In this document: positions 45,562-56,102 of the stretch, piece by piece
Layout: every line of letters begins with the position of its first letter
Numbering within the stretch: the first letter of the stretch is position 1
Virus record (IMG/VR): IMGVR_UViG_3300042868_009074
Location: 1 to 64,000 of that record
DNA length: 64,000 nucleotides
Strand: one strand, 5' to 3'
Made by a program: the position numbers and the translations under genes
Notes under the pieces: model-generated
What the model saw: the letters and a program-made list of their open reading frames with translations, nothing else
What the model was told of the DNA's origin: nothing
Database searches by the model: none

Positions 45562-47260
45562 TTAAAACAGAATACATGCATTACCGTAGGCTCTCCATGC
45601 TCCTGTGGTAGCACATCTTCTCATGTCCAAGGTACCTTCGACCCCACCACCAAAGTTACAACCGGTGGTTTGTTCGCATGAACTATCATTATACCTTAAG
45701 TACCCATCTCCAAATATATTTATACTATAGTACCCAGTAATTGCCCCCTCAAACCCCGTTGCATAAACGCATTCACCACCACCTGGTGAAGCTGATACAA
45801 AACTGTCAGAACAACCCGAGCAGCCGCATGTTCCACCTGTACAAGCAGAACATGGTCCGGCAGCCGAACACTCAGAGCATGACCCAGACGTACATTCAGA
45901 GCATGTTCTACCTGTACATCCGGTGTAGGCAGAATCACAACCAGCGGTACTGTTTTGGTTGTAAGTGTACCCCGTTGCTTGTCCGCCTCTTGTCCACCTG
46001 TAGCAAGTTCTGGTATTTGTGTTGGAAGCGGTTAGCGTACTTGTTCCGGCAGTTGCTGTTCTTGTTCCGGCAGCACCGCTGCTCGTGGGTAACGTGCCAG
46101 TAACATTACGGGTGCCACAACTGTCGCAGCCTCCATCGCATGAAGGACAGGTGCAGGTGCAGGTTGGAGCAGTACAGCCCCCGGAACAGTCTGGAGCAGC
46201 ACAAGTACAGGCGGCGGTAGTACATGCGTCAGGGTGATGAACAGTACCCGCTTCAGAAGTCCAACCACCATAACCGACTGTAGATATAGAACTATACGGA
46301 CCAGTTCCCAAACTATTGACCGCTGCTACTCTCACTTTTGTTACGGTTGCCGTGTAGCCAGGATCAAAGGTTTTAGAAACAGCAGTAGAACCCGTTGGTA
46401 AAGCACTCGCAAAAGTGGAACCATCATTAGTTGTTGTCTGATAAACGTATCCAGTAATTGCACTGCCACCATTTACGGCAGGCGCGGTCCATGCCAATGA
46501 GTCCTGTGTGCTAGTGGTACCGCTACGAGTCAGTGCCCCTATTGTTGGTGCATCTGGAACCGTGGCAGGAGTTACTATGGCTGATATAGCGGAATATGGT
46601 CCAGTGCCACCATTGGTGCCAGCATTAGTAGCTGCTACTCTGAAGTAATAAGTTTGTCCATTATCTAAAGGATTTAAACCAGTAACCAATTTTGGCGATG
46701 AAGATGATACTGGACTTACTGTCGTAATATCAGAAGCAAATGTTGCAGAAGTAGAATATTGAACGGTGTAAGAGCTGACAGCGGTACCTCCATTATCAGA
46801 TGGGGCAACCCATGATACTGAAGACTGACCTCTTGTTCCAGATGCTCCCACTACAGAAGTAGGTGCACCTGGGACAGTGTTAGGTTTAAATGCAGCTGTT
46901 TCTTCAGACTCTGCGCCATCCCCTAAAGAGTTAACTGCTCTTATCTTAATTTTGTATAAATAACCATTAGTTAATGAAGGAATAACGAAAGATGTTCCAG
47001 ATGTCCAACTAGATAATGTGTATGCGCCGTATTCACCATAAGTGCTTCCATTGTTAGTGGAAATAGATAAAGAATATTTATACCCAGTGATGGCTAGCCC
47101 GGCCATTAAATGCTGGTGCAATAAAACTTACTGTTAGTTGATTACTTTGCTCTGTTACAGTGGTAAGTGTACTTGTAAACGTAGGTGCTCCAGGAATAGT
47201 GCCGGCAGCAAAAAACCCTCTTCCTGGCTTAAAACTTCCTTGCGAATTTAAAAATGGCAT
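45562..47260 (-). CDS. Fibronectin type III repeat tail-fibre-like protein with Cys-rich C-terminus; one extra base near 47101 splits it
   Basis: PGAP...W.AP..NGG..ITGY repeats; removing one base joins ORF 47078..47260 to ORF 45562..47121 as APAFNGGLAITGYKY. Confidence 0.8.
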
Positions 47261-47272
47261 TTTAAATACCTA

Positions 47273-48007
47273 CTATGCAAACTTGGCTTGACTTGCGAAT
47301 ACTTTATATGCTGATGCTGTTTTAAGAATTGTTATAGAATAAATGTCTAAAGCATTTCCTGTTGATGGTGCTGATCCGCCAAACCAATTAATTGTTTGAG
47401 AAGATCCATTTATATTTACAACACTGAGCTTTCTTGCATTTCCCGACTTATCAATTATAATAGTTACTGTAATAGTTTGTCCCGCTGAAAGAATATTGTC
47501 TAAATCAGTAATACTACCATTGCCTCTGATATTCAAAGTAAAATCTGCAGAAGGTGTTCCCGTAAAATAATAAATAGAACTTGTCAATACATCAATATTA
47601 GTAGGAGTTGCACTCAATGCAGTGGTTGTATCTAGCGTTGCAGTTTCTAAAACTTGCTTTAGAACAATGCCATTATTGATAGTGGTAGTTCCAGTAGACG
47701 CTCCAATTGTTGCAGCGGTTGACGAACTCAGCACAGCCGAAGAGGTTAGAACGTCTGTTCCATCTACTTTATATGTTTTTCCAGAAGCTACATCAAAGCT
47801 GTCGTCTGTTTTTAAAACATCAGCAGCAGATCTATAAAGAGTTGTGTCAGGAGTAGCTGATCCAGAACTCCATTTCAGCTTGCCACCTGCATCTATAGAG
47901 AAGTTTGGGGTAGCACTTCCATATGGGGCTATTTCTAAAGCTGTGTCTGCTGCGGTATTAAATTTACGTGCACGTAAAATATTGTAAAAATTGGGCATTG
48001 GCCTCAA
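47273..48007 (-). CDS. Tail fibre/baseplate-associated structural protein
   Basis: Beta-rich Thr/Ser/Gly composition; DAGGKLKW..GSATPDTTLYRSAADVLKTDD and NW.GGSAP...DIYSITILKT patterns common in phage tail proteins. Confidence 0.7.
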   Translation of the reverse strand: MRPMPNFYNILRARKFNTAADTALEIAPYGSATPNFSIDAGGKLKWSSGSATPDTTLYRSAADVLKTDDSFDVASGKTYKVDGTDVLTSSAVLSSSTAATIGASTGTTTINNGIVLKQVLETATLDTTTALSATPTNIDVLTSSIYYFTGTPSADFTLNIRGNGSITDLDNILSAGQTITVTIIIDKSGNARKLSVVNINGSSQTINWFGGSAPSTGNALDIYSITILKTASAYKVFASQAKFA

Positions 48008-48054
48008 CCAAACCTTTCTAAATTAAAAGCCCTCGAGCTTATTTAATATAGTAA

Positions 48055-48297
48055 TTAGCTTTGTGCTTTTTTGTCTACTTTAGTAAAAACTTGATTGATT
48101 TCTGTGGTAGATAGTTTGCCATCGTCCAAAAAGGCACGAGAAAGTCCCTCAACTACTGTAGCAACTCCAGCCATGCCTGCCATAAAGCAAGCTTTCCATA
48201 TAGGAACGCCGGCAATAGCACCAGCACCGATGACGCCAAGGCCAGATGCAGCAAAGGTAGCTACTATTCTTAAAATTATATTATATGTAGTCTTCAT
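48055..48297 (-). CDS. Small two-TM protein (holin-like)
   Basis: Two hydrophobic helices, C-terminal LDDGKLSTTEIN. Confidence 0.6.
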   Translation of the reverse strand: MKTTYNIILRIVATFAASGLGVIGAGAIAGVPIWKACFMAGMAGVATVVEGLSRAFLDDGKLSTTEINQVFTKVDKKAQS

Positions 48298-51200
48298 TTA
48301 ATCCTCATCATTTTTAATCATGGCGTGGACATAGTGAACCAAAAAGGCACAACCTGTAGCTATGATCGTAATTTTTCTAGTTTCTCCAGAAAGAGTTGCG
48401 AACACTACGACACTACCTGAAATGGTAAAAGCCAGTGCTGAAGTCTCCCTTGAGAATTTTTTAATAAAGCCCCATGGACTAAATTTCCTTTTCATTGTTT
48501 CCTCCTCGTATTTAAATATACTGTTTCTTGTGAAGTGGTTATCTTCTTGATCTTCCGGACCCTCTATTCCAGGGTCCTCTTCTTCTTCGCCTTCTGGATT
48601 CTCATCTTCCTTGCGACCATTGCTATTGGTTCCGTCGCCAGGACCTCCACCAGAGCCCCCAGAACCGCCTCCAGAGCCCCCAGAACCGCCTGATGGACCA
48701 GATGACCCAGTTCCTGCTCCCACGCCAACCGTAGCTGCTGATAGAGCTGCTGTAGCAGCCAAGAGAGTTCTACGAGATCCCACGTCTACCTGGGATCCAG
48801 TTGGCACATAGTCGTCAAGACCTTCTCCGTAAACGTCAATTTGAGTTTCAAATTCATCTTTAATTTCATCTGGGGCATCAGAAACTGCAGCTACCAAGGC
48901 TGCTTCCTCTGCTACAGATAGGTCACCAACTGGAATAGAATCAAAGATTTCAGCTGCCTGATCTGTGTCAATTGATTCCAAGACCTTCTCGCTGGTTGCG
49001 AGGTCAGTGGCCTGGTCTTCAGTAACGCCGTTTTCAATAACCGAATCAACTGCATCAGAGACCTGGTCTTCTGTAATGGTATCTGACTCCAAGACTCCAA
49101 CCAGTTCCTCAAACTGTTCATTCGATATCGGAGCATCTAAAATTGAATCAATAACAGAATCAAATTTTTCATCTGAAATAGGCTCATCAAAGATGTTGTC
49201 CAATGCAGCACTGAACTGTTCTGTAGATAGTGGCTCTTCAAAGACTGCTTGCACTGCAGCATCAAACTGCTCATCGCTCAGAGTTTTAACATCTTCAAAG
49301 ACGGCTGCTACTGCATCATCAAACTGAGCATCAGAAAGTGGACCATCAAACACTGCGGTAACAGCGTCTTCAAACTGTGCATCAGATAATTGAGTTGGGT
49401 CTTCAAATACTGCATCTACTGCAGCAGCGAAGTTCTCGTTAGACATGGGTCCATCAAACACTGATTCAATTACGGTAGCAAACTGAGTATCTGAGAGCTC
49501 TTGATCTAGAAGTGAGCTAACAACAGCGGTTAGTTGTTCTGGTGTTTCTGCGTCTGCAACTAAGTCATCAACTGCGTCTGCAATTCCTGCGTTAGACATA
49601 GGTCCATCAAAAATGTCTTCTACTGCAGCGTCTGCAGCGTCTTGAGTATCTTTAGGAACTATTATTTCTGGAGTTGGATCTTCAGGTATAACAACTGGAG
49701 TTACTTCTTCTGGAATTGTAGTAATAACTTCTGGGCTAACTGCTGGCGTATCTACTGGTTCAAATATTGTTTCAATAATGGTTGTTACAGGTGGCGAAAT
49801 TGTCGTAGTTGTTATTGTTTCTGGTTCTGGCGTTGAAACTGGAGTTAGATCTAGGTCTGGAATTGAAACAGTAGTATTTTCTGTTGGAAGAGTTTCGACA
49901 GGGGGAGGGACAACCTCTGGTGCAGTTGTTGTTGTTGTTGTGCCTGTTGGCACTTGTGGGACTATGGTTGTGGTTGTGGTGGTTGTATCCGGATCTGATG
50001 TTGTTGCATCAGCAACTTCCTGAGGACCATACAAACAGCTCCCTATTCCCTCGCCCACACATGGGGCGGTACCTGCTTGAATTTTAAATCGTACAGAACC
50101 ATAGCCAGTTTGACCTGAAGTATCAATCACATAAGTAGTATTTGCAGCATATGTCCAAACACCCCAACCGCCAGATTCTATGTTGTTATCTAAATTATAA
50201 AAAAGAATACTGTACATATACGGCTGCGTATTACTTGCATCTGGTGCATCCCAACTCAAGGTCACACTTCCATCGTCATTTGCTATGGCTGTTAAATTTT
50301 GGATAGAGTTAAAGTAAGGTACAGTAGTTGTGGTCGTTGTATCTGGTACTGTTGTGGTTGTAGCCGTAGTTGTTGTCGTAGACGTTGTTGTAGTAGTTGG
50401 CGGAAGAGTTGGTGCTGTTTCATTATTTGGCTCAACTCCACCAAACACCGCACATGAACTACCAGATTGATCGCAAGACAGCGTTGTTCCTATCTGGTCA
50501 TCAATCATTAAGACTGGTGGCAAACCTTGGTCATCTAAGTTGAACGATGTAAAGCCTAATTTATAAGTTCCAGTAACAGATACTTTATATGTTGATACTT
50601 GCCAACCAGTAGCACCGTAGGAGTTTGTCGAGTAGTCACCTGTGCCAGGGTTAGAAAATCCTAACAGTGCGTACGACTGATTAAAGTTATTAACTGTGAT
50701 TGCTGGAGTCGACGCAACGGTGACAGGAACAAGAGACGTAATAGATCCATCATTAAATGGAACGTAGTCAGTTGCCATATAGTTCCAAGACATTGTGTAT
50801 GTAATGCCAGCAGTTAATTGAACTTCACGAGTAATCCATGCTGCATCAGTTGGATTGCCACCGCCAAAACCAGATGCCTGTGCTTGTGACGACAGCATTG
50901 TTGTTATCTGAGATGTTTGAGTTGCAGAAAGACCAAGTGCTGCAGTAGCTTGAGTAAACGTTTGCTCACCTTTTGGCTGCAGGGCAACAGCATATGTTCC
51001 GCCCTTTGGAGAAAAAGTCCAGCTGCCTGCAGCAACTGCTGCAGCATAGTAAGGATTGTCGATTGTTTCGTATTGTGCAGGAGAGGTGTTTGGGATTACC
51101 CTGGTAATCGTTGGGCTCCCCATTGCTCCATTTGCGCCATGAGTAAATGTTCTAGAGCCATTGAATATTGTTACACCAGTTCCGCCACCGTTAATTGAAG

Positions 51201-51375
51201 TGCCAAGTGTTCCAGTTTGTGACCCTCTAGACCAGCCAGTTAGCGTGCCGTCTTCAAATCCAGCATTTGGTATAGATACAGAACTACCTGTAGCCCTTGC
51301 TGTTATTGGGGAAATCCAAGCAATAACAAATAATAATACAAGTATCCATGATCCACGACGTGGTATTATTCTCAT
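48298..51375 (-). CDS. Large secreted/membrane-anchored protein with Fn3-like domain, Thr/Pro linker and acidic 17-19-aa repeats
   Basis: Signal peptide; poly-Thr; about 9 repeats like VFDGPLSDAQFDDAVAA; GGS linker; two C-terminal TM helices. Confidence 0.8.
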   Translation of the reverse strand: MRIIPRRGSWILVLLFVIAWISPITARATGSSVSIPNAGFEDGTLTGWSRGSQTGTLGTSINGGGTGVTIFNGSRTFTHGANGAMGSPTITRVIPNTSPAQYETIDNPYYAAAVAAGSWTFSPKGGTYAVALQPKGEQTFTQATAALGLSATQTSQITTMLSSQAQASGFGGGNPTDAAWITREVQLTAGITYTMSWNYMATDYVPFNDGSITSLVPVTVASTPAITVNNFNQSYALLGFSNPGTGDYSTNSYGATGWQVSTYKVSVTGTYKLGFTSFNLDDQGLPPVLMIDDQIGTTLSCDQSGSSCAVFGGVEPNNETAPTLPPTTTTTSTTTTTATTTTVPDTTTTTTVPYFNSIQNLTAIANDDGSVTLSWDAPDASNTQPYMYSILFYNLDNNIESGGWGVWTYAANTTYVIDTSGQTGYGSVRFKIQAGTAPCVGEGIGSCLYGPQEVADATTSDPDTTTTTTTIVPQVPTGTTTTTTAPEVVPPPVETLPTENTTVSIPDLDLTPVSTPEPETITTTTISPPVTTIIETIFEPVDTPAVSPEVITTIPEEVTPVVIPEDPTPEIIVPKDTQDAADAAVEDIFDGPMSNAGIADAVDDLVADAETPEQLTAVVSSLLDQELSDTQFATVIESVFDGPMSNENFAAAVDAVFEDPTQLSDAQFEDAVTAVFDGPLSDAQFDDAVAAVFEDVKTLSDEQFDAAVQAVFEEPLSTEQFSAALDNIFDEPISDEKFDSVIDSILDAPISNEQFEELVGVLESDTITEDQVSDAVDSVIENGVTEDQATDLATSEKVLESIDTDQAAEIFDSIPVGDLSVAEEAALVAAVSDAPDEIKDEFETQIDVYGEGLDDYVPTGSQVDVGSRRTLLAATAALSAATVGVGAGTGSSGPSGGSGGSGGGSGGSGGGPGDGTNSNGRKEDENPEGEEEEDPGIEGPEDQEDNHFTRNSIFKYEEETMKRKFSPWGFIKKFSRETSALAFTISGSVVVFATLSGETRKITIIATGCAFLVHYVHAMIKNDED

Positions 51376-51456
51376 CAGTCAGCCCTCCGATGTTCAAGAA
51401 TAATAGTAATGATCATCAAGGATTTTTCATTAGTGAATCCTAACTGAGAAAGGGAA

Positions 51457-51488
51457 AAGCCCCAGTAGAAATTAATCCACTGGGGCTT
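51457..51488 (-). terminator. Intrinsic terminator downstream of endolysin
   Basis: AAGCCCCAGT...ACTGGGGCTT stem; U-rich tail on - strand. Confidence 0.7.
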
Positions 51489-51681
51489 CGCACCGGCCTC
51501 CGTTGCAAGGAGATCAGTATATCATAAGATACTAATCTCTACTACTACTGAAGGTAAAATATTTAATCTATTTCTATATCTGGATCAGATTTTTTAATTC
51601 CGTCAAATACAATAGCCAATATGGCAAGAGGCATTGCAAACATTGAAGCGACAATAGATATTACTAATATCGCTTTCAACA

Positions 51682-52215
51682 TTAAGCTGCGCCTGGTTTT
51701 GGCGTTGCTCTCCATGCAGCTTCAAACTTTGCAGCGTCATTAGCCATTTCTGGAGATAATTCAAAGTGAAGCCATTTGCCACCGAAACTTCCGGCGTTGT
51801 CTTTAGCATCGTAAATTTTTACGCCCTTGACCCCTTCGCCACGGGAACAGCGGTATCCACGACCGTAGCCAACGTTTTTGTCTGCCTTGTCAGCATCGAA
51901 AGCATAGTCATGAATCTCTTCAATGCCAAGCTCTTTTGAATACTTAAGAAACCAATCCCAAGCTTCAACTGCAGCTTTACGATCTGTATAACCAACGTCA
52001 CATGCACGACCTGTTGCATGAACTGATAGCCACTTTTCCATACCAGGATCGCCTAGCTTTTTACCAGCGGTATTGGAGTTACGCATTAAGCGATTTGAAT
52101 AAGCTCCAAGGTTAGTGAACTTCCAACGCTTTCCGCATAGTTCAATTAGCTTTTGAGTGCCAGGCTTTGCGCCCTTGCCATCACCGTCTGAGTTGCCTGT
52201 ATACTTTCTTGCCAT
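51682..52215 (-). CDS. M15-like peptidoglycan peptidase (endolysin)
   Basis: SVHATGRACD and WLHFE zinc motifs; SD AAGGAG. Confidence 0.8.
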   Translation of the reverse strand: MARKYTGNSDGDGKGAKPGTQKLIELCGKRWKFTNLGAYSNRLMRNSNTAGKKLGDPGMEKWLSVHATGRACDVGYTDRKAAVEAWDWFLKYSKELGIEEIHDYAFDADKADKNVGYGRGYRCSRGEGVKGVKIYDAKDNAGSFGGKWLHFELSPEMANDAAKFEAAWRATPKPGAA

Positions 52216-52260
52216 TTTATTTATTCTCCTTATATACTATCGTGTTAATAATAGTAACGA

Positions 52261-52897
52261 CTAAATGTATTCCCCGAATCTTTTGATCTCCCTACCGGGA
52301 ACGCCAACTACAGTAGCGTTATCGTTTATGTGATCTATAACAACTGTTCCAGCTCCTAGCGTACAGTTTGATCCTACGCTCTTAAAGTTAATTATGACAC
52401 TACCAGCTCCTATAGAAGTAGCTTCCCCTACATTGACATCTCCGCAGATTCTAGCTCCAGGACTAACCGTGCAATAATCCCCTATTGTACTGGACTGATT
52501 AATGGATGCAGCTGTGTTTACATGTACGTGGACACCAAGATTAACTTTAGTGGTTAAAACAGAATATGGACCCATTGTTAAACCATTTCCGTATTGACAC
52601 TGTGTTCCAACTACAGCCGTTTCATGTATCAGATTGGCAGCACGTTCGATTCTATTTATATTTGATTCTATTTCTCTTCTTATTCTAGACGAGTTAATAG
52701 CTATTGTATATTTTAAATTTGGATATTTATCTAATAAAAAATTTATAAAAGATACATCACCAAGTAAATCGCCATTATTAACAGATGGGTCGTCGTCTAA
52801 ATAGCCTATGACATTCCAATATTCATATTTATCAGAATGAGCCAGGTATTCTAAATCTCTAGAATGCCCACCAGCTCCGAATTAAAACTAAATCCAT
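52261..52897 (-). CDS. PglD/NeuD-like sugar O-acetyltransferase; one extra base near 52880 shifts frame after about 6 codons
   Basis: Hexapeptide repeats, VVGVP; restored N-terminus MDLVLIGAGGHSRDL...GYLDD; span 637 nt = 3n+1. Confidence 0.8.
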
Positions 52898-53325
52898 AAT
52901 TTAATCTTTGAAAAATCGTTATCACAAATTCCATATACATTTATTATGTCTTCTGGTTTTTTTGGGAATAGTACAACACTGTTATTTAGTTTTTTAACTC
53001 CTGGAAAAGCCCATATTAAACCTGAAGATGTCATCGTATACTCATCTGTCTGATGCCAAAAAAAGTTAGCATTGGGGTAATCATTGAATAAAGATTCAAA
53101 TGCTTCTGAATTCTTGCAATGTAGCCAGTATCTTTTATCTAAATAGTCTTTTATATTAATTTTATATTGAGCTTCATCATGACCTAAATACCAAGACCCA
53201 TCAAATAGTCTAATGTCTATCTCTACATCGTATCCTTGAGATAAAGCTTCTTCAATATACTCTGGACTATTTTCTAGATCTTTTTTAATACCGGCGTAGT
53301 TGCCTCTATGTGCAATTAATTTCAT
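52888..53325 (-). CDS. GDPD-like phosphodiesterase (short)
   Basis: LIAHRGN, GYDVEIDI, LGHD, WLHCKN. Confidence 0.8.
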   Translation of the reverse strand: MKLIAHRGNYAGIKKDLENSPEYIEEALSQGYDVEIDIRLFDGSWYLGHDEAQYKINIKDYLDKRYWLHCKNSEAFESLFNDYPNANFFWHQTDEYTMTSSGLIWAFPGVKKLNNSVVLFPKKPEDIINVYGICDNDFSKIKLWI

Positions 53326-54692
53326 TTTGTATAATTTTGTAAGAAATAGTTAAGGTCTTCTGGTGTACCAATTCCCCACATCTTTTCTATATTTTTTACT
53401 CTAATTTTTTTACCATCTTCTATAGCTTGATTGAATACAGGGCAAACATAAAACTCACCATTTGTTCTAATATCTTTATCTATCATTTGCTCCGCATATT
53501 TTACATAGTCGGAACCCTTTTTCCAGAAGTAAATGCCAACGGTAGCCAAATTGCTAATAGGTTTTTTTTCGGCAACTTCTGAAACAAATCCGTCTTCATT
53601 TAACTTTGCATAAGACCACTTGGGATGCGAGGCCTCAAATGTTAAAATTCCACCATCTATTCCGTCCGCATTAAAGGCGTACAGCGCCTCATTGCTATTC
53701 CATTCCACAAATTGATCTGAGTTAGCCATTATCAAAGGACTGTCATTATCTATTAATTCTTTTGCCAAAAGAGTCGTGCATGCTGCTCCCTCTGTAAGCG
53801 AATCAACTTGCACTATTTTGCAATTTGGGGCTATAAGCTTAAGCAAATACTGTAAATTGTATTTCTCATAGTGTTCTTTTTGCACTATGAATATATAATT
53901 TGCCTCAATGTTTAAATTCTCCACAACCACTTGAATCATCGGTTTTCCATTAACTTCTATTAAAGGTTTTGGAAATGTGTATCCAGCTGCTTCGAATCTA
54001 CTTCCCGCTCCAGCCATTGGTATTAATACATTCATTTTTTCTGATCTCCAAGGTATATTTTTTTCTTCTTTTTGAGAAAGAATATTAATGATTTTATCAA
54101 TTTTTTTAACATTTAAATCATCTCTATTTTCTACGGCAATTAGATTAGCTCCGCTATCTAAAGCCCCCTGTCTTCCTATGTGACTATCTTCGATTATCAC
54201 ACAATTTTTAGGTAGGGCATTACACGCAATCATGCATCGCCAATACATTTCCGGAAAAGGTTTAGTTCTTTTTACATCGTCGTTACTCATGAAGTAATCT
54301 ACATACTTGATTAAGCCCAGCTTAAGAAGAACTAGTTTTACTGTGTCTCTAACGCTATTTGAAGCTACTGCTATTTTTATATTATTGTCTTTTATTCTTT
54401 TAAAATAAGAAATTAGTTCTTCATCTTGATATAAATTATCAAAAATCGACAATGTTTCTTCTTGTTTTTTTTGCCACACAGCATTGTGCAAATTAGCAGG
54501 TAGCCCTTTTGATTCTGATAATGTATTTAATTTCTTAGTTGTTGGTAGACCATCGTATATGCTTAAGTGCTCTTCTCTGGAAATTGTGTATTGGTCACCA
54601 AAAAAAGCAAGGGCTTTGTTTAGTGCGTGATAGTGGACTTCTCTGCTATCGAGAAGTACTCCGTCTAAATCAAATATAGCTAAATTATTCAT
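53322..54692 (-). CDS. HAD phosphatase fused to NTP-transferase (sugar nucleotidyltransferase-like)
   Basis: FDLDGVL, KPFP, IEDS; PMAGAGSRF...PKPL, EKKPIS, GTPEDL. Confidence 0.88.
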   Translation of the reverse strand: MNNLAIFDLDGVLLDSREVHYHALNKALAFFGDQYTISREEHLSIYDGLPTTKKLNTLSESKGLPANLHNAVWQKKQEETLSIFDNLYQDEELISYFKRIKDNNIKIAVASNSVRDTVKLVLLKLGLIKYVDYFMSNDDVKRTKPFPEMYWRCMIACNALPKNCVIIEDSHIGRQGALDSGANLIAVENRDDLNVKKIDKIINILSQKEEKNIPWRSEKMNVLIPMAGAGSRFEAAGYTFPKPLIEVNGKPMIQVVVENLNIEANYIFIVQKEHYEKYNLQYLLKLIAPNCKIVQVDSLTEGAACTTLLAKELIDNDSPLIMANSDQFVEWNSNEALYAFNADGIDGGILTFEASHPKWSYAKLNEDGFVSEVAEKKPISNLATVGIYFWKKGSDYVKYAEQMIDKDIRTNGEFYVCPVFNQAIEDGKKIRVKNIEKMWGIGTPEDLNYFLQNYTK

Positions 54693-54696
54693 ATGA

Positions 54697-55365
54697 TCAC
54701 ATTCTTAGTAGATAGTTTTTCTTTACGTATGTTTCATCATACGAACCATAAAAATCGCCCATAGGACCTTGCAAAGAATTGGTAACATCATAGCCTAACT
54801 CCCCCAATACCATACCTAGTATTCTTTCAGTTGCGCATGATTCATATTTATTATTTGGAAGTATATTAAAAAATCCACAATCAGATAGATCTTTCATTAC
54901 CTGATCTTGGCACAACATCATCGGGCCGAAAACACCTTTATAAATACCAGGCACTCCATACCCTACGGACTCTCTCATAACTGAATCCGCCCATACAGAC
55001 AGATCATTGTCATTTGCATCTCTGCCTATTGGAACCGGTGGAGAATCCCACCATCTTATAGTAGTAAGTTTGCTACTTTTTACAAAATCAATATTATCTT
55101 TCAATACAAGAGAGTCATGAATACAGTAATAAAAGTCTTCTTCTGGATTATTTTTATAACCTATGTTATAAGCCTCTAGGGCGTAATGCCTATTCTCAAC
55201 ATCATATATGACAACTGAAGAGTCTATGTCTTGAAAATATGATTTATCATTTGAATCAGAATCTACGATAACTATTTTTTCATTTGGATGAAAACGCATT
55301 ATAGAATCAATGCATTCGAAAATAACAGGATAATTAGAGTCAAATTTACACGGTATTATAAACAA
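54697..55365 (-). CDS. GT-A fold glycosyltransferase-like protein
   Basis: IVIVDSDS, CIHDS, ER motif. Confidence 0.6.
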   Translation of the reverse strand: MFIIPCKFDSNYPVIFECIDSIMRFHPNEKIVIVDSDSNDKSYFQDIDSSVVIYDVENRHYALEAYNIGYKNNPEEDFYYCIHDSLVLKDNIDFVKSSKLTTIRWWDSPPVPIGRDANDNDLSVWADSVMRESVGYGVPGIYKGVFGPMMLCQDQVMKDLSDCGFFNILPNNKYESCATERILGMVLGELGYDVTNSLQGPMGDFYGSYDETYVKKNYLLRM

Positions 55366-55367
55366 AA

Positions 55368-56102
55368 CTACTCCTCATTGGTAAGCAGAAAGCAGCCAAA
55401 GCCTTCAGGCAGGTCTTTTATATCTATGCAATTGTCATAATCGTCAAAAGCGTGGGTGTATATTTTAGATAATGATGCTACCAGACTACGATGACCTTCT
55501 TCTCTATTCGGATTAAAAGAAGTATGCAAAGACAGTACCATTGGTATTTTTGCTTTCATTAAAGATTCTTCAAAAGAAGGTATTGCTATTGATTCATAAC
55601 CTTCAATATCTACCTTGATTAACGAGTAATCGCCTAAGGAAAGAAGCTCTTCCATATCAACCCCATCTACTATTTCCCTACCTGGATTAACAGAATCTAA
55701 TACTCTCGTCATTGAGTCACCTAGTTCAACACTAGGATCTATTGCTACTTGCTTGCTTGAAGAGAATGCCTTTTCCAAAAGAATAACATTTTTAAATTTG
55801 TTAGCTTCTATATTTTTCTGTAAAAAACTAAAAGCCACTGGATCTGGTTCAACAGCTATTACTTTTCTGGAAAGCTCCGCTGCATATAGGGTGTTTGGAC
55901 CAATCCACGCACCTATGTCTAAGAAGTCTTTTTGTTTATTCAAATATTTGTCATATGCTCTGAATACAGAAGGCTCTGAATCTGGATAGAATTTTTCCCA
56001 ATAGTCAAAACCTGGTGGTCTATGAAATAAATCATCATCTATTACATTAAATGTAAAATTATTTTTTTTAACTGTAATCTTTTCTGTCATTAGAGAAACC
56101 AA
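55368..56102 (-). CDS. FkbM family methyltransferase
   Basis: FLDIGAWIG, AVEPDP, IKVDIEGYE. Confidence 0.88.
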   Translation of the reverse strand: MVSLMTEKITVKKNNFTFNVIDDDLFHRPPGFDYWEKFYPDSEPSVFRAYDKYLNKQKDFLDIGAWIGPNTLYAAELSRKVIAVEPDPVAFSFLQKNIEANKFKNVILLEKAFSSSKQVAIDPSVELGDSMTRVLDSVNPGREIVDGVDMEELLSLGDYSLIKVDIEGYESIAIPSFEESLMKAKIPMVLSLHTSFNPNREEGHRSLVASLSKIYTHAFDDYDNCIDIKDLPEGFGCFLLTNEE

